64,000 bases of DNA from assembly GCA_051362555.1 (NCBI GenBank), contig CM120640.1, positions 55,282,788-55,346,787 on the forward strand, read 5' to 3'. Positions 1 through 16,100 of the stretch are shown here, piece by piece. The position numbers and the translations under genes were made by a program. Positions within the stretch are counted from its first letter, which is position 1. Each line of letters starts with the position of its first letter. The stretch comes from Lingula anatina. Lineage: Eukaryota; Animalia; Brachiopoda. The notes beneath the pieces are model-generated. The model was not told the DNA's origin and did no database searches. It saw nothing but the letters and a program-made list of their open reading frames with translations.

Positions 1-267
1 ACAATAGATGCAGCACTGAATCCGAGGCTAAAGAGATATGCTGAAAAATCATGTAGCATCGAATCATAGGCCACAAGCAAATTTGTGTAGTATTAGACTG
101 TCGCCATAAATTAACATTTGACTATGCCAAACTTCCCTTTTGGTTATCTGGATGATAATAAAGGGTTACAATATCCTGAAACTGGAACAAAGTTCTGTGC
201 ATCATTTAACAAACAGAACATTGATAAAAGTAAACAGTGGAGATAAAAGAAGAAAAATTGCTCTTAC

Positions 268-3200
268 CTAAAACTGGCATAAGTAGATGTATATTCACCT
301 CTGGTCCATAGCCTTCACTTGTCTTTGCACGGATCTGTAAGCAAATATGCCAAAACACTAGTAAACATCTTTAATAAAATGAGGACAAACAAAATTCCCA
401 GTTTGCTACATTTAATTAAAGTTAAAAGTTTGATGGAAGAGTTGGGGGTTCAACCTCAAAATTCTGACTTTTTCATCAACAAATAATAACTGAATTTCTT
501 AATCATTGAATATTAGTCATATTATCTTTTTTCACATTTGATCAACTTCAACCTATGCCCCTTTGATGCAACCTTCAGAAATGACACAAGAAGCACTTAA
601 CTATAATGTTAGCTTTTTTTCTGAGCAACTTATCCATACCTTAAAGGTATATGTATAACCTGCCTGCAGTTGAGAGATGGTTGTGGTACGAACTGATGTG
701 TTGGTTATGCTCACATTCTGCATGACAGTCATGACAGTCTGCAGGAAAAATAGATGAAGAATTAGACTCTTTTGCAAAACAATATAATATATATTATATA
801 TTAGATAAATATAAATATCAGTATATTCATCAAGGATATATCAATATATCAACAGAACTGACCTGAAAAGGACATATAACTTTATAACTTTAGCTACATG
901 GGTTAAGGTAAGTATGTTACTATGTCAGGTAAATTGCTCTGCTAGAGAGATAAGTAAAGGCCCAGTCACAAATCAGTTGCGATGCGTCGGGGATGGGTAA
1001 AACCCGGGAAATTTTAACAAAATCTTGAGACAGATCTCACGATTTTGCACCCGTCGGAGGCGCTCTCCGGACGCCTGCGGGTTGTCGCAGATTTTTTAGA
1101 CATCGCCACACCCGTCGCGGTCCCCAACTTTGAACTTAAAATTTTAAGATTGCTCGCAAGATTTTTCACCCATTTTGGGCATCCCAGACACAATCTCCAA
1201 TGACCTACGATGCCCTCCGATAAAATTGGAGGCGTCCTCCGAATACATACCCATATATAACCACATATACCCAGGGGGAAAAAAATTACGAGAAAAGACG
1301 CTCGCAGATATCGTCTCCGATCGCCTCCGATGCAATCGGAGGCTAATCCCACGATTTTTCGACAAAACCGGGTCAAAATCCTTGAAAAAATCTCAGACAA
1401 TGTGACTGCTCCACTTTTATTAGGATTATTGCTAGGATTGTTCAAGGATTCTTTATTTTCTACGACGACCCCCGGCCAAAACTAATCCCCGACAGATCGC
1501 CGACATTGTGACTGGGCCTTAAAAATGGTAAAGGGCAACTTATACTACAATGACATAAAAAGACATACACAAAGATACAAATTTTATTATGTTAAATTAT
1601 CATGTTTATTTCTATATATGGTTTTGCAAAGCAACTAAAAAACAAAAAAATTAATAATTTATTCAGTATCGGCAAATTAGTGTACTCACATTCTTAACTC
1701 CCACATAACTGATGAGGTACTCTTGTAGTATGCCATTGGGATTTGTAGGTATATCCCATCTCAAAGCAACTTCATAAGGCTTGAGTGAACCAGGGACAAC
1801 CTCAAAATTAAGTACTGCACTTGGCACTGAAAAACACAATGTGATAATTAGTAAAAGGCCTAACTGATCAGGCTACAGTACAAATCATCTTACAACCAGT
1901 CCAGTATAAATAAACTTCAGATCTTTTTGTATCATATATTCACAAACAATCAATCATAAACACTAACCTGACACAGAAGTGTTAAAAGTTCCAACCACTG
2001 GATTGCTCTCTTTTTCTTTCTCAATACCGCTCACTGTATATACTCTGTATATGTACTGCTTGTATGAAGTGAGGTTGTTCACAACTACTGTATTGGTATC
2101 TGATGGTAAGGTTGCATTCTCAACCAGAGTGCTGTCCAAGAATAGCAAGACTCTATAGCCACTGACTGTCCCTTCTGGTTTCTGCCAAGAAATCTCAACC
2201 ATATTAGCTCCTGGTATGCTGTGTAACTGTTCAACCCCATTGGGGTCTGAAATACATGAAAAACATGAAAAAAATTATTGCAATCAAAATCTTTTCTTTT
2301 AACTGATATTTAAAAATACAAAAATATCTAGGAAATGACTGAAATTATTATATAAAAGTATTCTATAATGAGTTCATTAAATATTCACTTTCATGAAAAT
2401 TAATGCTGACAAATAAATTTATGTTAAAAAGTAGTTCTTCTTAAAAAACTCACTTGTTCTGATTTTTATCTGCTTGGATTCACTATGCTGGTCAGCACTG
2501 ACTGTCTGTGCCTGAATAGTATACAAGTCCCCTGCTACAACTCCACTCCCGTTGAACTGGACAACTCTTTGGGCATCTGTCTTAGACTTTCTTTGTGTAA
2601 TATTGCAAGTAGGGCCATCCAGACAAAACAGAAAATAATCAAATATGCCACTGTTTTCTGTGTAACTCAGTGCAACAACAGATGATGATGTAGCAGCATT
2701 CTCAGATAGGCTAAAGTCAGCTATAGGCTCTACAAATAATAAAAAAAGATTGATCATCTTTTGATCATGTATGCAAAAAAAAAAAAAAAAAAAAAAGAAG
2801 GCCCTTGAGAAAAACAAAACACAAAAAACAGTCTAACATGATCTTACATTGCTTTATATCAGGGATCATGTAAAATAACCTTTCACTTAAACTTTAATAC
2901 AGTAATAGATGGTAACTGATTTCATAATTACCCTACTTGACTAAAATATGAGTCTAGCAACAAACAATGATGGTACTGTTGACTTTTGAAAAGAGGACCC
3001 CATCAATATATCTTTAATTTTGGTATTTTAAGTATGTCTGAACATTGCTACACAACACTAACTTAGACACGCTAATTGGTTCAAACTAGCTAATCTATGA
3101 ACTATAAATCCAATCTACGACCAAAACACAAATCTGTGTATGTAAATAAGTATCAAAATATAGCCTCATCTTAATATTCTAACCATGAAAATAATAAAGC

Positions 3201-4065
3201 CATGTTGGTCAACAATGGTACTATTTGATAGATATAATTCAAATGAATTAATAAATTAGATTTTAATAAATTACTGGTAGTTAATAAAAGTTTTAGCAAA
3301 ACTCATATACCAGATCCTAGGCATTGAGATTTTTTGGAGGTGAGGAGGGATAAATAATTACTATAGGTACATAATAATTTCCTATGAAACACATGTTGAT
3401 CTACATACAATGATTCGTCAAAATGTTGTTGAAATGCCTTTACAATTTATTCAGCAGAAGGTGCTGAAGACCAAAAATTGATAAAGGAGAGACAAAATTT
3501 AGAGGAGGAAAAATACAATCCTAACAAAAACAAGGCAGCAAAGCTGTCAATTGTACTGACAAGAAGCAGAAAACTAGACAGCAAAGCTTGCAAATATACA
3601 GACACCATATAGGAAACAATGTTTCGGCCAATTTTGATGCACTGTTACATAATGCTTTAAAACAGCATAATCACTCTTAGCCTCTTACATTATGAACTAC
3701 AGGTAGCATGGAGATTGAAAAACTCAGTTTGCTGAAAATAATTATGTGTGAAAAATAAAAATTTCACACACAAATAAAATCAGAATAATTACTGTAAATG
3801 TAAACCCATCATGCACATTTTTAAAAGCAACTTCCCTTTTTACAAATAAAAAAGTCACTCACTAAATTTAAAGTAAAACAGTCATGGGGTGAACATAACC
3901 AAAATTGTGTAAAAAAACAATAAATACCAGAAATGTAAACCAATCATGCTGATTTTTGAAAGCAAACTGCCTCTTTACCAAACTAAGCCACTCAGTGACT
4001 TAAAAGTATAAAACAAAAATATGGTTTGGAAGTTATGGGGTGAATGTCACCAAAATGGTAAAAAA

Positions 4066-4104
<39 letters not shown>

Positions 4105-7100
4105 ATACCATTAATGTAAATCAATCATGCAGATTTTTGACAAAAGCAACCTGCCTCTTTACCAAAAAAAAGTCATGCAGAGAATTTAAAGTAAAACAAA
4201 AATACGGTTTGGAAGTTATGGGGTGAATGTCACAAAAATTATGCAAAAAAAAAAAAAAAAAAAAAAAAAAAGAAAACCAAATTGATTACTGTAAACATAA
4301 ACAGATCATGCCAATATTCTAAGCAACCTGCTTCTTTGCCAAAAAAAGCCACTCAGTAAATCTAAAGTAAAACAAAAATACATTTTGGCAGGTATGGGTC
4401 ATGTGTCGGACAGTGACAGCAGCAGCAACAGAGACGGTGCGGACAAGCAGACCAATCAGAATATACACAGACACTTACAGTGTCTGTATATAAAAAGGGG
4501 AAGAGGGAAGGAGAAATAATGATTCATATTTATCATAAACTTTTGTAGGATCTATAAACATAATTAATTCTGTACTCAACCTTTTAAACTTGTCTTCATG
4601 TAATTATGCCATTTTTGTTTAACTACCAATTATTTTGCACTTATTCATGACTTTCATTCTCAACTGCAAAACTGCAATGGCTCATAATAAAATACGGAAT
4701 ACATTTTTACATACTTGTTCTGTGCTGAATAGTAGCATAATCACTGGTTAGGTTTCCTACTTTAGCAACAACCCATATAGTATACAGGTCTCCAGGAAAA
4801 AGATTTTTCAGTGTATAAAATGGATGACTGGTGGTTGCAACTGTCACCGATGCATCCTTGGGTAAATTTGTCCTCCAGTAAATCAACTTGTATATAGTTT
4901 CATTATGGTCCAAAACACTAGTCCATACTAATTTCATAGATGTTGACGTTGAACTTTCAATGGTGATATTCCTTGGTGTATACATCTTTGCCAGGTCCAT
5001 TAAGAACACTGAGAGTTAAACTAGTCTATTCAAACAGTCTTTAGCAGATAGAAATATGTTATGCTCTGACTGATACAAAAAGCAAAATGAATGTGCCTCA
5101 TGCCATATGTCTTATAACATATTCCATCTGCAACTTGTAACAGGTGTTGGGATATCTAGTTTGCCACCTAGATGTTTCTTGTTACAAACACAATCACTGG
5201 CAGACTGATAAAATTTCAATTACTTCTCTCTTCAAAAGCTTATTCCATTTCAAGTTGCTCATGTTTCTCATTGATAAAAGCCTGTAGTAATTTCCTATAA
5301 ATCTGTGAAACTGTGCTTTTTATATGTCTACATCAAAGCTTTTGGACAACAAAGTCTTCTGAACCTGTGAAGTTGGTATCTTAAATGTATTAAATTGCCC
5401 AACACTACCCTTAAAAAAATCCATCCATCAGAGATATGAAAAGGGACATCCCTGTGAGGTTTCAAATTCCCTTATTCTTCAATTTGCCTAAGTGATAATC
5501 CACCAGATAATCATCAAAACAAGCTATATTTATTTCTTGTTCTCACCCATTTAACAAAATGCACTGCACTTATCTGGAAATTTAATGATAACTCATCTTT
5601 ACTGCTATTTGTTCTCGCTGTTTTCATTTGAAAATGCAGTTCATGATAATGACCATAACACCAATAGATTTTAAAATATCATAAACAGGAAAAAAATCAC
5701 ACCTGTGACAGGTTTTGACTTGGGTGTGGTCCAGGAAGACTGGTGAGAACAGTTTTACTGTAAACGATAGTTTATAACTACATTTTTATTTTGTGATAAA
5801 ACAACCTAGAAATGCATTTATATGTTAGTACAGCATAATTACAGATCTGCAGCATTAAATAGGAATTATTTTCATACTGCGTTTCATTCCAAAAGGGAAG
5901 TATAAATGTATATTAAATGTGTGAACTTCAAATTATAGGTTGTACAGCTGTTGAGAGGCTCCTCCTGGCACAAAGCTGTAAGTGTTATAATTGAACTCTC
6001 ACATTAAAGCACAGACTTGAGCCTCCGACTTAATGAGGAAGATATGCACCAGGTATTAATACTTTTCACTTTGTGCTTTATATTTTGATTTACATTAAAT
6101 AAATTATAATTTCATGTAATATATATGTAAATGTTGCTTAGTATTATACATTCTCATTCATCTACAAATGAGAAGAAATTTACAGGCATCTCAATAGATG
6201 CTGTGTAGTTGCAACATCCATTATTTCTTTGGATCTAGGATATTTTAAACATCAAATTTTATCATTGCAGTTGAAGGAGGCACATATAAAGACTGCCACA
6301 TGTTAACTACGAGCAAGACAACCCAAGGAAAAGAACTCCATCAACAGTGTGTGGATGTATGCCACATTGCCAGCAATGGTCTTTCTACCTGCTCTGGAGT
6401 TATGTTAGTAGTTTTTATCCTTAAATTTGCTCTAGGACACACCTAAGGATCTTAGTTTTATTTATTTTTTTTTTGTCTGTAATTTACTTGATCAGGGTAG
6501 GCATCCTTTGCAGGATTATCTTTGTCATGTATAGATAAGATTTGAAAGATTACAAAAATATTTGGTAAAGAAGCATAAAAGCAAACAAAATACTGTTCAA
6601 TTTGAAAAAGAAATTAAAATGTCAAGTTGTAATTATGATACTCCAATTATTTTGCAGATTCATTTTGTTTGATATCTATCATCTATAAATATCATTATCA
6701 ACACAAGGTAACATATCTTAAATGATAATATTTGGCAAAATATTAAACGTAAACTCACTTAAATTCTGATTTTCCATTTTGCCGCCATAAAATCTTCCTC
6801 CACCCACAACTTGCATCATGGCCTTCATTTTAACCTTCACCTTGCTATTGGCAGTTTACAGTGTACCTATAGGGTTATTTTAACTAGTACTACTAGCAAT
6901 GCAACAAGGCCAGAAGCTCGTCAGAAAAGTACTGCCACCCAAATACACCAAATAACCAAAATTTAATGTCAGATGAGAAAATAAAGTGGACAACAACCTA
7001 TATTATGAGAGAGAAGATATTTCTGCATTCAGTTTATGAGTTTAAGCTGTTAATTAAGAAGTATAGATGCTCTTTGAGGAACACCTTAAGGAAACGGATA

Positions 7101-10100
7101 TACGGTAAAGTGCCATGAATTTCGAACGGCTCTTGAATTTCGAACGATCTTAAAATCGGCCGTCTGGAGTTTTTTCTGGACCATGAATTTCGGCCAGTAA
7201 GCAATTTTGCGCGATCTTGATTTCGTGAATTTCGTACTCCTTAAAATCGACCACCGGGCTATTTTCACTCGCATAAAGATCTAATAGTCGGCAATGTTGC
7301 CCTAGCGTACCTTTACCTGAGTACTACGTGTGCGGCCCAAGGTACAAGATAACGATCGGTACAGTTAGTTTAGGACGCTAAACAACATCGTCATCACCAT
7401 TCATTCAGATAAGAGGAGAATCAATTGAGTTGTACTGTCGGGCTGTTGTTTCTTTACCGCAGTACTCGGTGTGAGATAGCGATCGGTAGTTTTGCTCAGG
7501 CGCACAACAGCATTGTAAACAGTAGAGACTTCAGTAACTGAACAAAAGAAGCAATATTAAGAGCTGCAATAAAGATTACCATTGTTGCTTTCTTGTATCG
7601 CTCAGATCGTTCATGATCTCCCGCTGACGATCTTCCACTAATGAAGTCCCTTGAAATGTACAAATGAAATGAAAAATATTTTTTAAAATTATAAATTTCA
7701 ATGGGGAGGGAGGGTTAAAAACGATCTTCTGCTGACGCTCTTTCGCAAACGAACTCCCTTGAATGAATATGAAAATTGCCATCTCGTCTCGCTTAGATCG
7801 AGAACGATCTCCGGTTGACGATCTTCCGCAAACGAAAGCCACTGAACGAATATGAGCTTTCTCGTTTCGCTCGGATTGCGAACGATCTCCCGGTGATGAT
7901 ACGAAAATTGCATTCTCGTCTCGCCCTTTGGCTTACGAAGTCTTTTTAACAAATATGAAAATTGCCTCCTTGTCTCTCTCGGATTGCGAATGATCTCTCG
8001 CTGATAATTTGAAAATTGCCTTTTTGTCAATCAGCTTTGTCAGTTGCCGTGTGTGTATGAAGGTCCGGAAGGTGTCCCCTTGCACAAATTGGCAGTTTGT
8101 TTGCTTAGAGTGTTTTGTACCGCATGAAGGTCACTCTTGTCACTGCTGCATACGGCGTGGAATGTGTATCTTTAAGTTAACAGAAACATTTTATTGTGTT
8201 TTGTAAGCTTTAGGAAGAAGTTTCGTTGTGACTGAATATTAGCGTACACTACAAAGTAGTACCATTCATCTGTGGCGCATAATAAAAGCTGGGTACGTCA
8301 AATTACTCTAAGAAAATTTCTTACAACGTCCATGGCTGTCCCGACAAGCCAAGATTACATTTTTCAAAAAAAAAAAAGTCGTAAGCCGTCTAGCTATCTT
8401 TGAAAATATAGGCCGTCCGGTGAGGTCAGCGGTCGTCCAAATGACAGCTGGACGGTTCGCTGGGAAAAGCCTTGCTCATTACGGTATATTTATTTAACTA
8501 GGGGCTTACTGACACAAAATTTGGGCACTTATATAGATTGTGCCTGCTTGTATCGATCCAAATTCTGAATAACGGTGCGGTACTGCTGTTTGATGTGGTT
8601 TGCTGTACTTATCCCGAGTTCTCAAAAAATAATCTGAAAAACAGATTGCTCAGATTGTTGTACTATTATGACACCTTCTTGTTATCCACTTCGTGATATC
8701 CACTTCATGGTCGGCTTCTCTAGGTTGAACTTATATATGACATCACCCAGCTTACATGCGAGTGCATGCCTCCCAAAATGAACCAATTATATTAAAGGTT
8801 TAAGTTCTAATACATCTTAGTTTAATTGTTTGTACATTTTGTAAAAATTGCCCATGTCACCCCGTTAGTTTGGAGGGTTAAGCTGGATCAAGTCCGTGTC
8901 AAAATTCTTTGAAGATTTGCAGGAAAAATCAATCTTCATTTGTTTCTCTGGCTCCTTGTTTAGCCCGATGATCAGATTTATCTAGTGCCCCCAGGTTTGC
9001 TGGGGCAGCTCTTTGAAAATAACGCACAGGTAGATTTTTACCCTGTAAAATTCCCTACAGTGAAGGCGACATATGCGTAGAAGACACCGACCCGTGCACG
9101 GCGAGATGAGGACGCACTCGCGCGTAAAGCTCCACCTGACTTCAACAGTAATCGCAGACAAAGGCTACTTGTACGTGCGACATAGACACCGATCGGCTGA
9201 CGTCTTGGTTTCAGTGCACGGAAAGGAGCAGCGGTAACACTAAGCATCCACAGTAAAACTTATTTGGCCATGGTAGACTTTAATCGCCTGCCGTCTCTTC
9301 CTCCGTCAACTCCCGTTGTGAGCGCCAGGATCGTTTTCGAAAGACGACACTACTTTCTTGCTGCCAGAATCGCTTTTGAAAAACGACACTACAAATAACG
9401 ATGCTGTTTTGCGTCCCTAGCCAACAGTACTGATTGTTATCTAGCACCTTGGGCCATACACAGTGATCGGGTGAAAGTACGTGTATCCCTTTGGTCGCAA
9501 TTACCGACACTCACACATCATACATTATGGTAACTCTAAATAGATCGTCGGGAGAAGATAACAGAAGGCCTAGCGCTGAACAGACAACTTCCGGTCAAAA
9601 TTGACAGAATTCCATGAAATTTGAACGTTTGGAAGTTCTGAGCACCTCCATTTCATGAATTTCGGCCAAAATGATCTTTTCCCAAATTTAATTATTTTCT
9701 ACTGATCGAAATTCATGGCACATTACCGTATAGCTTAAGACTACCTCAAAAGTGCTATGCAGATTAACTTATAGTAGTAATTTTGAAGCTCTAATACTGC
9801 GAATACTGCCTACACCAGCAAAACAAATATATGCAACACAAAAGATATTTAGACTTCTACTTGTTTAAAAAAAAGCCTAGGGCTTTTTTCAATGTAAAAA
9901 ACAATAAATCCTCAAACCCAGACAGTTTTCAAAACCCAAACAAGCATATCACTTTAAAAAAGAGTTTTTACTTTACAGAAAGCTTTTGTCAGATGACACA
10001 CAACTATGTGCCAACCATAGATCTACACACTTACTTGTTGTAAAATTCCCTGTTGTAGAATCAGGACTTTCAACATCATCTGTGACAGCAAATATGGACA

Positions 10101-13100
10101 CTGTGTAGGTAACACCAGACTCAAGGCCGGTGAAAACATACTCACTGCCATTGGTGAATTTAGTTTGAAGGGTTCTGTTTAAAGCAGGGGGTAATGCTCT
10201 GTATTCAATCTTGTATTGTGTCAGATAGGTTTCTGCCTTGACCCAGCCCAGAGTGAGACTGTTTTCACTGTTTTCAATTTCCTTAAAGTTTTTTGGTGGT
10301 TTAGGATCTGTAAAGAAAAGAGAGTAATAAATGCAACCCAAAACACAACAAAATGGTGACCAGGTAATTGTAATAAATAAAAAAGATATTCAAACTCTTA
10401 ATAAATACTTTACAAAAAGATAAGTAAATAGTTTAATTCAACTGATAAAAAATTGAAAATTAAAATAACTAAGAACCACCTATAAAAACACTGTTAAACT
10501 GAATAAATGATTTTTTTGATATTGTAGCTTTTGCAGGGATGTGCATAGGCACTATGGGATTTTAGAGCACATGGGGGGTTGAGCTGTCTCTGGGGGGTGA
10601 GCAATGATTCTAATTATTCGCACTGCTTGATACTTGGGGGATTGGTAGATCTATCATCAGGTATGTGCATGGGCGCTTTAGAATTTTAATGGACCTGGGG
10701 GTGGGCCTGTCCCTAGGGGTGGTTGATTGTTTTTTTTTTTTATTAAGTATTTTTCATCGATATGCAATGAAAACATTATTTCCCATGCTGCTATTTTGTA
10801 GTTTATTTTCAATAGTTATATACATACAACCCAGACAGTGTCATAGATACCTAGGGGGTTCTGAGGGTGAACTTCTCTTTAAGAGGAAGTGAGATGGGAC
10901 ATGAGATGGCTACCAATCGACAATATCTAGTCATCATTATAAAGCTATCAAATAGATACCTTTGTGACCAATTACAACTAATAGATATGTTTTTTTACGA
11001 ATGCCATAAAAAATTGTTTGTGAAGATTTTCAAAATAAACCTTTTTTATCAAACAAAGCTCAATATTAAATTTAAAATAAAACAAAATTAATGTTTGGCA
11101 AATTTGACGGGTAGTTTTAGGGGGGACAACAGGTATGTTGAACAGCAACGGTAACAGTGACTGCATGTACAGGAACTGAACTGATTATAAAAAGATATAC
11201 ACAGTCTCTGTATATAGAAATTCATGCAAGATGTACTTTTTACTAATAAAATTATTTTCTACTATCCATTTGCCTTACACAATACTGAAAAATTGCCCTA
11301 AAATGGACCCAGAGTAATGGTCCACAATTAATACAAAGATAAACAACTTACATGTATAGGCAGTGGTGTTTTTGCTCTCACTCCTGTATTTGCCCACAGC
11401 GATAACTTGAATGTCATATTTCTCTCCAGGATAAAGCTCATCTATCACTGCTGAATTAACCGTGACATTTCTTTCTTCTGGTGTAGCATTAATATCCCTT
11501 AAAACTGGTCTATATCTTATTCTAAATTGACTTTGATGACTGGGCAATGTATTCACAATTCCAATTTTCCAGGTGATACTTATATTTGTATAACCAGCTG
11601 TTTCTGCTACAAGATTGGAAACAGGCACAGGATCTGAAAATTTGTGTTAAGTCAGGCTTATATTTAGTAATGTAAATAGTTGCTTTACATTTCAGTCCAA
11701 TTTTGTCAAGATAAAGCATCTTTCTATTTTAGTTTCTTCTTTTTCAAATCTTCTTTAAACACAATGTAATATACCTCTGAAGTATATATGATCATATTTT
11801 TTATGGGAACTATCATTCAAATATGTTGGTGATGCATTTTTGCACATTCTAAATAGTACCCATTCAACAGCAATAACATCATTAAATATAAAAAAACTAA
11901 CTAATCTGCTGTATGAAATAATCAATGCAAAAAAAATGCTATACAATAGTTGTGACGTTGAGCACATTCTGTGTTCTGTACTTACATGTGCTTTCACCTA
12001 TTGTCACATCTTCACTATATGATAAAGAGCTGACAGCTTGGACTGTGATGTTATAAGCGAAGCCTGGCTTTAAATTCCTGAGAACATAAGCCTTTGGTCC
12101 TGATGCAGTGCTTTCATTATATTTTTTCTGTTTATCATTGTATTGAATCTGTTGGGACAGAATAACTTAAATCAGTTGACTGCAAAATAGTTCCAATGTT
12201 TCAATGTAATGACCACTCTCGGAAAGTTGAAGTAACTCATTAATTAGCTATCATACTAAAACTGTAACTTCTTAAAAAAATAAAAGGTTGAATTGTAAAA
12301 TGAAGTTACTATATTATATTTATACCTCTTATATAGAAATCCAATGATTAAAACATACCAGAAAGTGATCCTGAGTACTATTTAGGCTAACAGTCCAGTT
12401 TAATTGTATATTTGATGTGTCAATTGCCTTTGCCATTAGACTGCTGACTGCCAGGGGATCTGAAATTGAGACAAACGTAGGTATATTACACACAGAAGTC
12501 AAAACTGTCAAATATTTTTGTATGCTTTATGATAGATAATTTTTATTTAAAAAATATAGATATTTTGATATTAATATATATGGAATTATCAAAGTATTCA
12601 AAGTATTAAAAAAGTAAAGCATAAATGTTAAATATTCTGAAAATCTTTTCTTCTTCATTCTACTACAATCTGTCGTATTAAATTTTCTATAGATTTAGCA
12701 AAAGGGGACCATCCATCACAGATCCATTTCTCAGTCTACTTACTTGTAGTATATTCTCTATATCTGGCCTCACTGGCACTACTGCCACTAGCGGTCCATA
12801 TAGAAATGTTATACATACGGCCTGGGTATAAACCAGTAAATGTATGCTGTAATTCACTACTATTCCTAAAAATAAAACCACATTTTCAAAAAAAAAAACA
12901 TGCTGTAATTTTTTCACGATTTAAAAGCAAGGCAATATTTAGCAGAGTACATGATTAGCACATCCAATAATTAAAAATTAACAAGCTTATGACAGATAAT
13001 TATTTTATAGATAAAACTGATGAACACAGAACAGACAAGTTCAGAAGAACAATAATTGTATTATTTGTTTTAAAACTTTGCCATTTCTTTGCCTTTGCCA

Positions 13101-16100
13101 TTCTATTTTCAGCTTGATGTTCCATGCTGTATATATTATTAGAGAATATTGCATCAGTTTCTGCTGTCCAAGTTTGCCAAGTATTTATCTCATTTCTTGT
13201 GATTATATGTTAAATCTGCTGTGGTAATGACACAAAAATTTATTTGATTGATGGGATAGTAGTTCTGATCCAGGCAGACATTGATTACAGTAGTGAACCA
13301 CAAATTTCTGACAATTATGACCAGGATGTTGACCATGTAAGAAGCACTGATTCTGAAAACAGCATGCCAGTTTGTGTACATACTGTTTATAAATACAGAA
13401 AAGTATCTGGCGCTAAGAGGTTTAACCCCTTGAGGATTGCACCACAGTTCATAGTACATCACTTTTAAAAACTCCAATTTACCTTGAAACATTAATAGGA
13501 AGGTCAGCATTGCCATCATTGGGAAGTATATGCAACTGATATCTATCAAAAGTTGTATTCGATACTTCATTCCATCCCACAGTAATGGATGTAGTAGTGG
13601 TATTTTTCACATCAAGGGCAGCCAGTGAACTAGGAACTAGATATACATAATAAACATTATAAACAAATATTCATGTTGATTTTAACATGGATTATAAAGC
13701 AATGTTTGAGATTTCTGTATTTGTTAATTTCTGTTATTTTCAAATAATGATTAATTATCTTAAATTAATCATCTTAAATTCAACACTATTTCTATAGCAA
13801 AAATTTTAAAGAAGAGAACTTTTGGATGAAATTCACAAATCTTTTACAGAAACAGCACAAAGTAATTGCAAGGTGACACTGGTGGAAAGAGAAAGGTGAA
13901 TATTCCTAATCCATCCAAGTATGAATGCACAAAAGAACCTTTGTAAAATAAAATTCATTTTAATAAAAGCATAGACTTTTAAAAACTTTTAAATTTCTGC
14001 AAAAACAACAACAACTAAAAGCAGTATCAGAGTGAAGCATAAGCTGGAAATATGAATAATACATCAGAACAGTTCAAATGAAGTGAAATGGCATGGTTAA
14101 GTGACAATAATCTGCTGGCCTAGGTAGGTTGTCATTTATAAAATTAGTAAAAAGGTAAAATAATGTATAGAGCCTGAAAAAGAGGAGAGAGATTATTCAA
14201 GTGAAAACCACTAGGAAGGCGAGAGTAAAGATACAGAAATACAGTATGTTAGACTGAATGTGCAGTTTTCATACAAAAGATGTATGCTGTACTATGTTTG
14301 GTGTTCAATGCCTCATCCTTTTTCAATATAAAAGTTGCTTTAATCTTGGTCTACTAATAATGTATTATTTATTATGAGAGATGACTTTTTGGTAATTCAA
14401 ATACCATAAAGCAGCAAATTTTAAACAGTTTACAAACAGTGTTAACTGGCAAAGAGCCATGCTTTATCACAAAACAGACCATAGTTTCAATTTGATCAAT
14501 GCTTTGATGTTTGTGGGATTTTATTTTATAAATTTCTCTCTAGAAACAATGAACATCAAAGTACATCATTTCCAAAATGATAAACATACAAGTTGTTACT
14601 GTTATTGTTTTGTTGTCTCCAAATACACCATCACTGGCAAAACGCAATGTTACAACATATTGCTGTCCAGTTGACAGGTTTTCGAATTTGTACTTCCTTT
14701 CAGTAAATGCACTTTGGTTTGAAGTTATATTGACAATCCTGGTTAATGATGATCCAGAAATGGTCAAAGAAAGAAAATCCTTGGTAACATTTTCTGGATA
14801 TTCCCAAGTGACCTCAACAAATGTTGTACCAATGCCATTAGGTGTTGTACTAAAAAATTCTGGAGCCAAAGGAGCTGTAATTAACAATGAATAAAAAATA
14901 CAGTCATAGACTTAGTATACATTTCTTGTTACTAATATATCATAAAGAAAATAAGATGCATTTTTTCAAGATTAAATTGTGGAAATTATATAATTCCATA
15001 TAATTCCAGTTTTTAATTGTTAAGATCAAAATCCAAATCAAAAATATGATACTGGTCTTGTGTAGTCTTTATTTCTGAAAATAAATATATATCATTAAAC
15101 AATGACTTGTATCCAGACACCATAAACCATGGAAATGAGAGCCTTCATCAAACAGTAGCTCAATTTTCATTACCTGGAAGAATAAAGGAATACAAAAGTA
15201 AGAAAAGGCATGTTTTTACTTAGCTACTACATACTCACAAGAAACAAGCTTCTCATATGATAAAAAAAATTACTTACGTGTAGTTTCTGTGATAGTCACT
15301 GGGTCACTTTGCACACCATTACTCTGTGTGGTGACTGAAATATTGTATGTTTCTCCAGAAATTAGGTTAGTGAACTTCTTTAAAGTTGTCCCATTGGAAA
15401 CATTTTCAGATGCTAAAGTTTGGCCATCTTTTGAAAGAGAGAGAACTTCACGATCACTCTCTGTGCCACTTCCTCTTGACCATTCAACAGTTATTGTTGA
15501 TGTTGTCTTTGCAGTGACCCTAAGGTAACTGGGACGGTTGGGTTCTGAATAACAATAACTTGAATAGATTAGAATTATCATAAATTTGTTTATAAGTCCT
15601 TTTCCTATTTACCATCCATAAAATTATCCATAAGAAAGCTGATGCAAGTCAAATTTGTTGAATAAAATTTCTGACAATAAAGATTTCCTGAATATTACTA
15701 CATGTATGAAAGTACATCTGTGATAGTATGAAACTCATAACTGTTGTTTGATGCCTGTTTTATCTTAAGTGTTGCACCATAAATGGTTTTACTTACTTGT
15801 AGTAAAGTTTACAGAGGAAGATGTACTTAGAGCCCCTTTGTATGCAGACCTCACTTCCACTGTATAAGAACGACCAGGGTATAATCCATCAAAAGAATTT
15901 GATAAACTGGTTAAATCCGTTATGTTCTGTGATTCAATTTCAATCCCATTAGATTTGTGCAATAATCTTATCCTGTATGCATCAACCTCTCCACTGCTTG
16001 GTGCACGCCAGGTGAAAGTGCCTGACACATTTGTTCTGGTGTTGGGGGATAGTTCCAGCCCCTCAGGAGCCCCAGGTTCTGGAAATGTAAATTTGTCACA

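Noticed and set aside
1-175. Possible further FN3-gene exon after the ttcag acceptor at ~176
   Set aside because: The required phase-1 frame hits a stop after 10 codons
1014-1445. Overlapping ORFs of 73-143 aa
   Set aside because: All lie within a TIR/TSD-bounded MITE and show no recognisable transposase motif
5100-6460. Possible old retroelement or coding remnants
   Set aside because: No frame or motif could be recovered with confidence by eye
7576-8030. Repetitive ORFs (RQFSY...REIVRNPSET)
   Set aside because: Translation of a degenerate minisatellite inside a non-autonomous transposon
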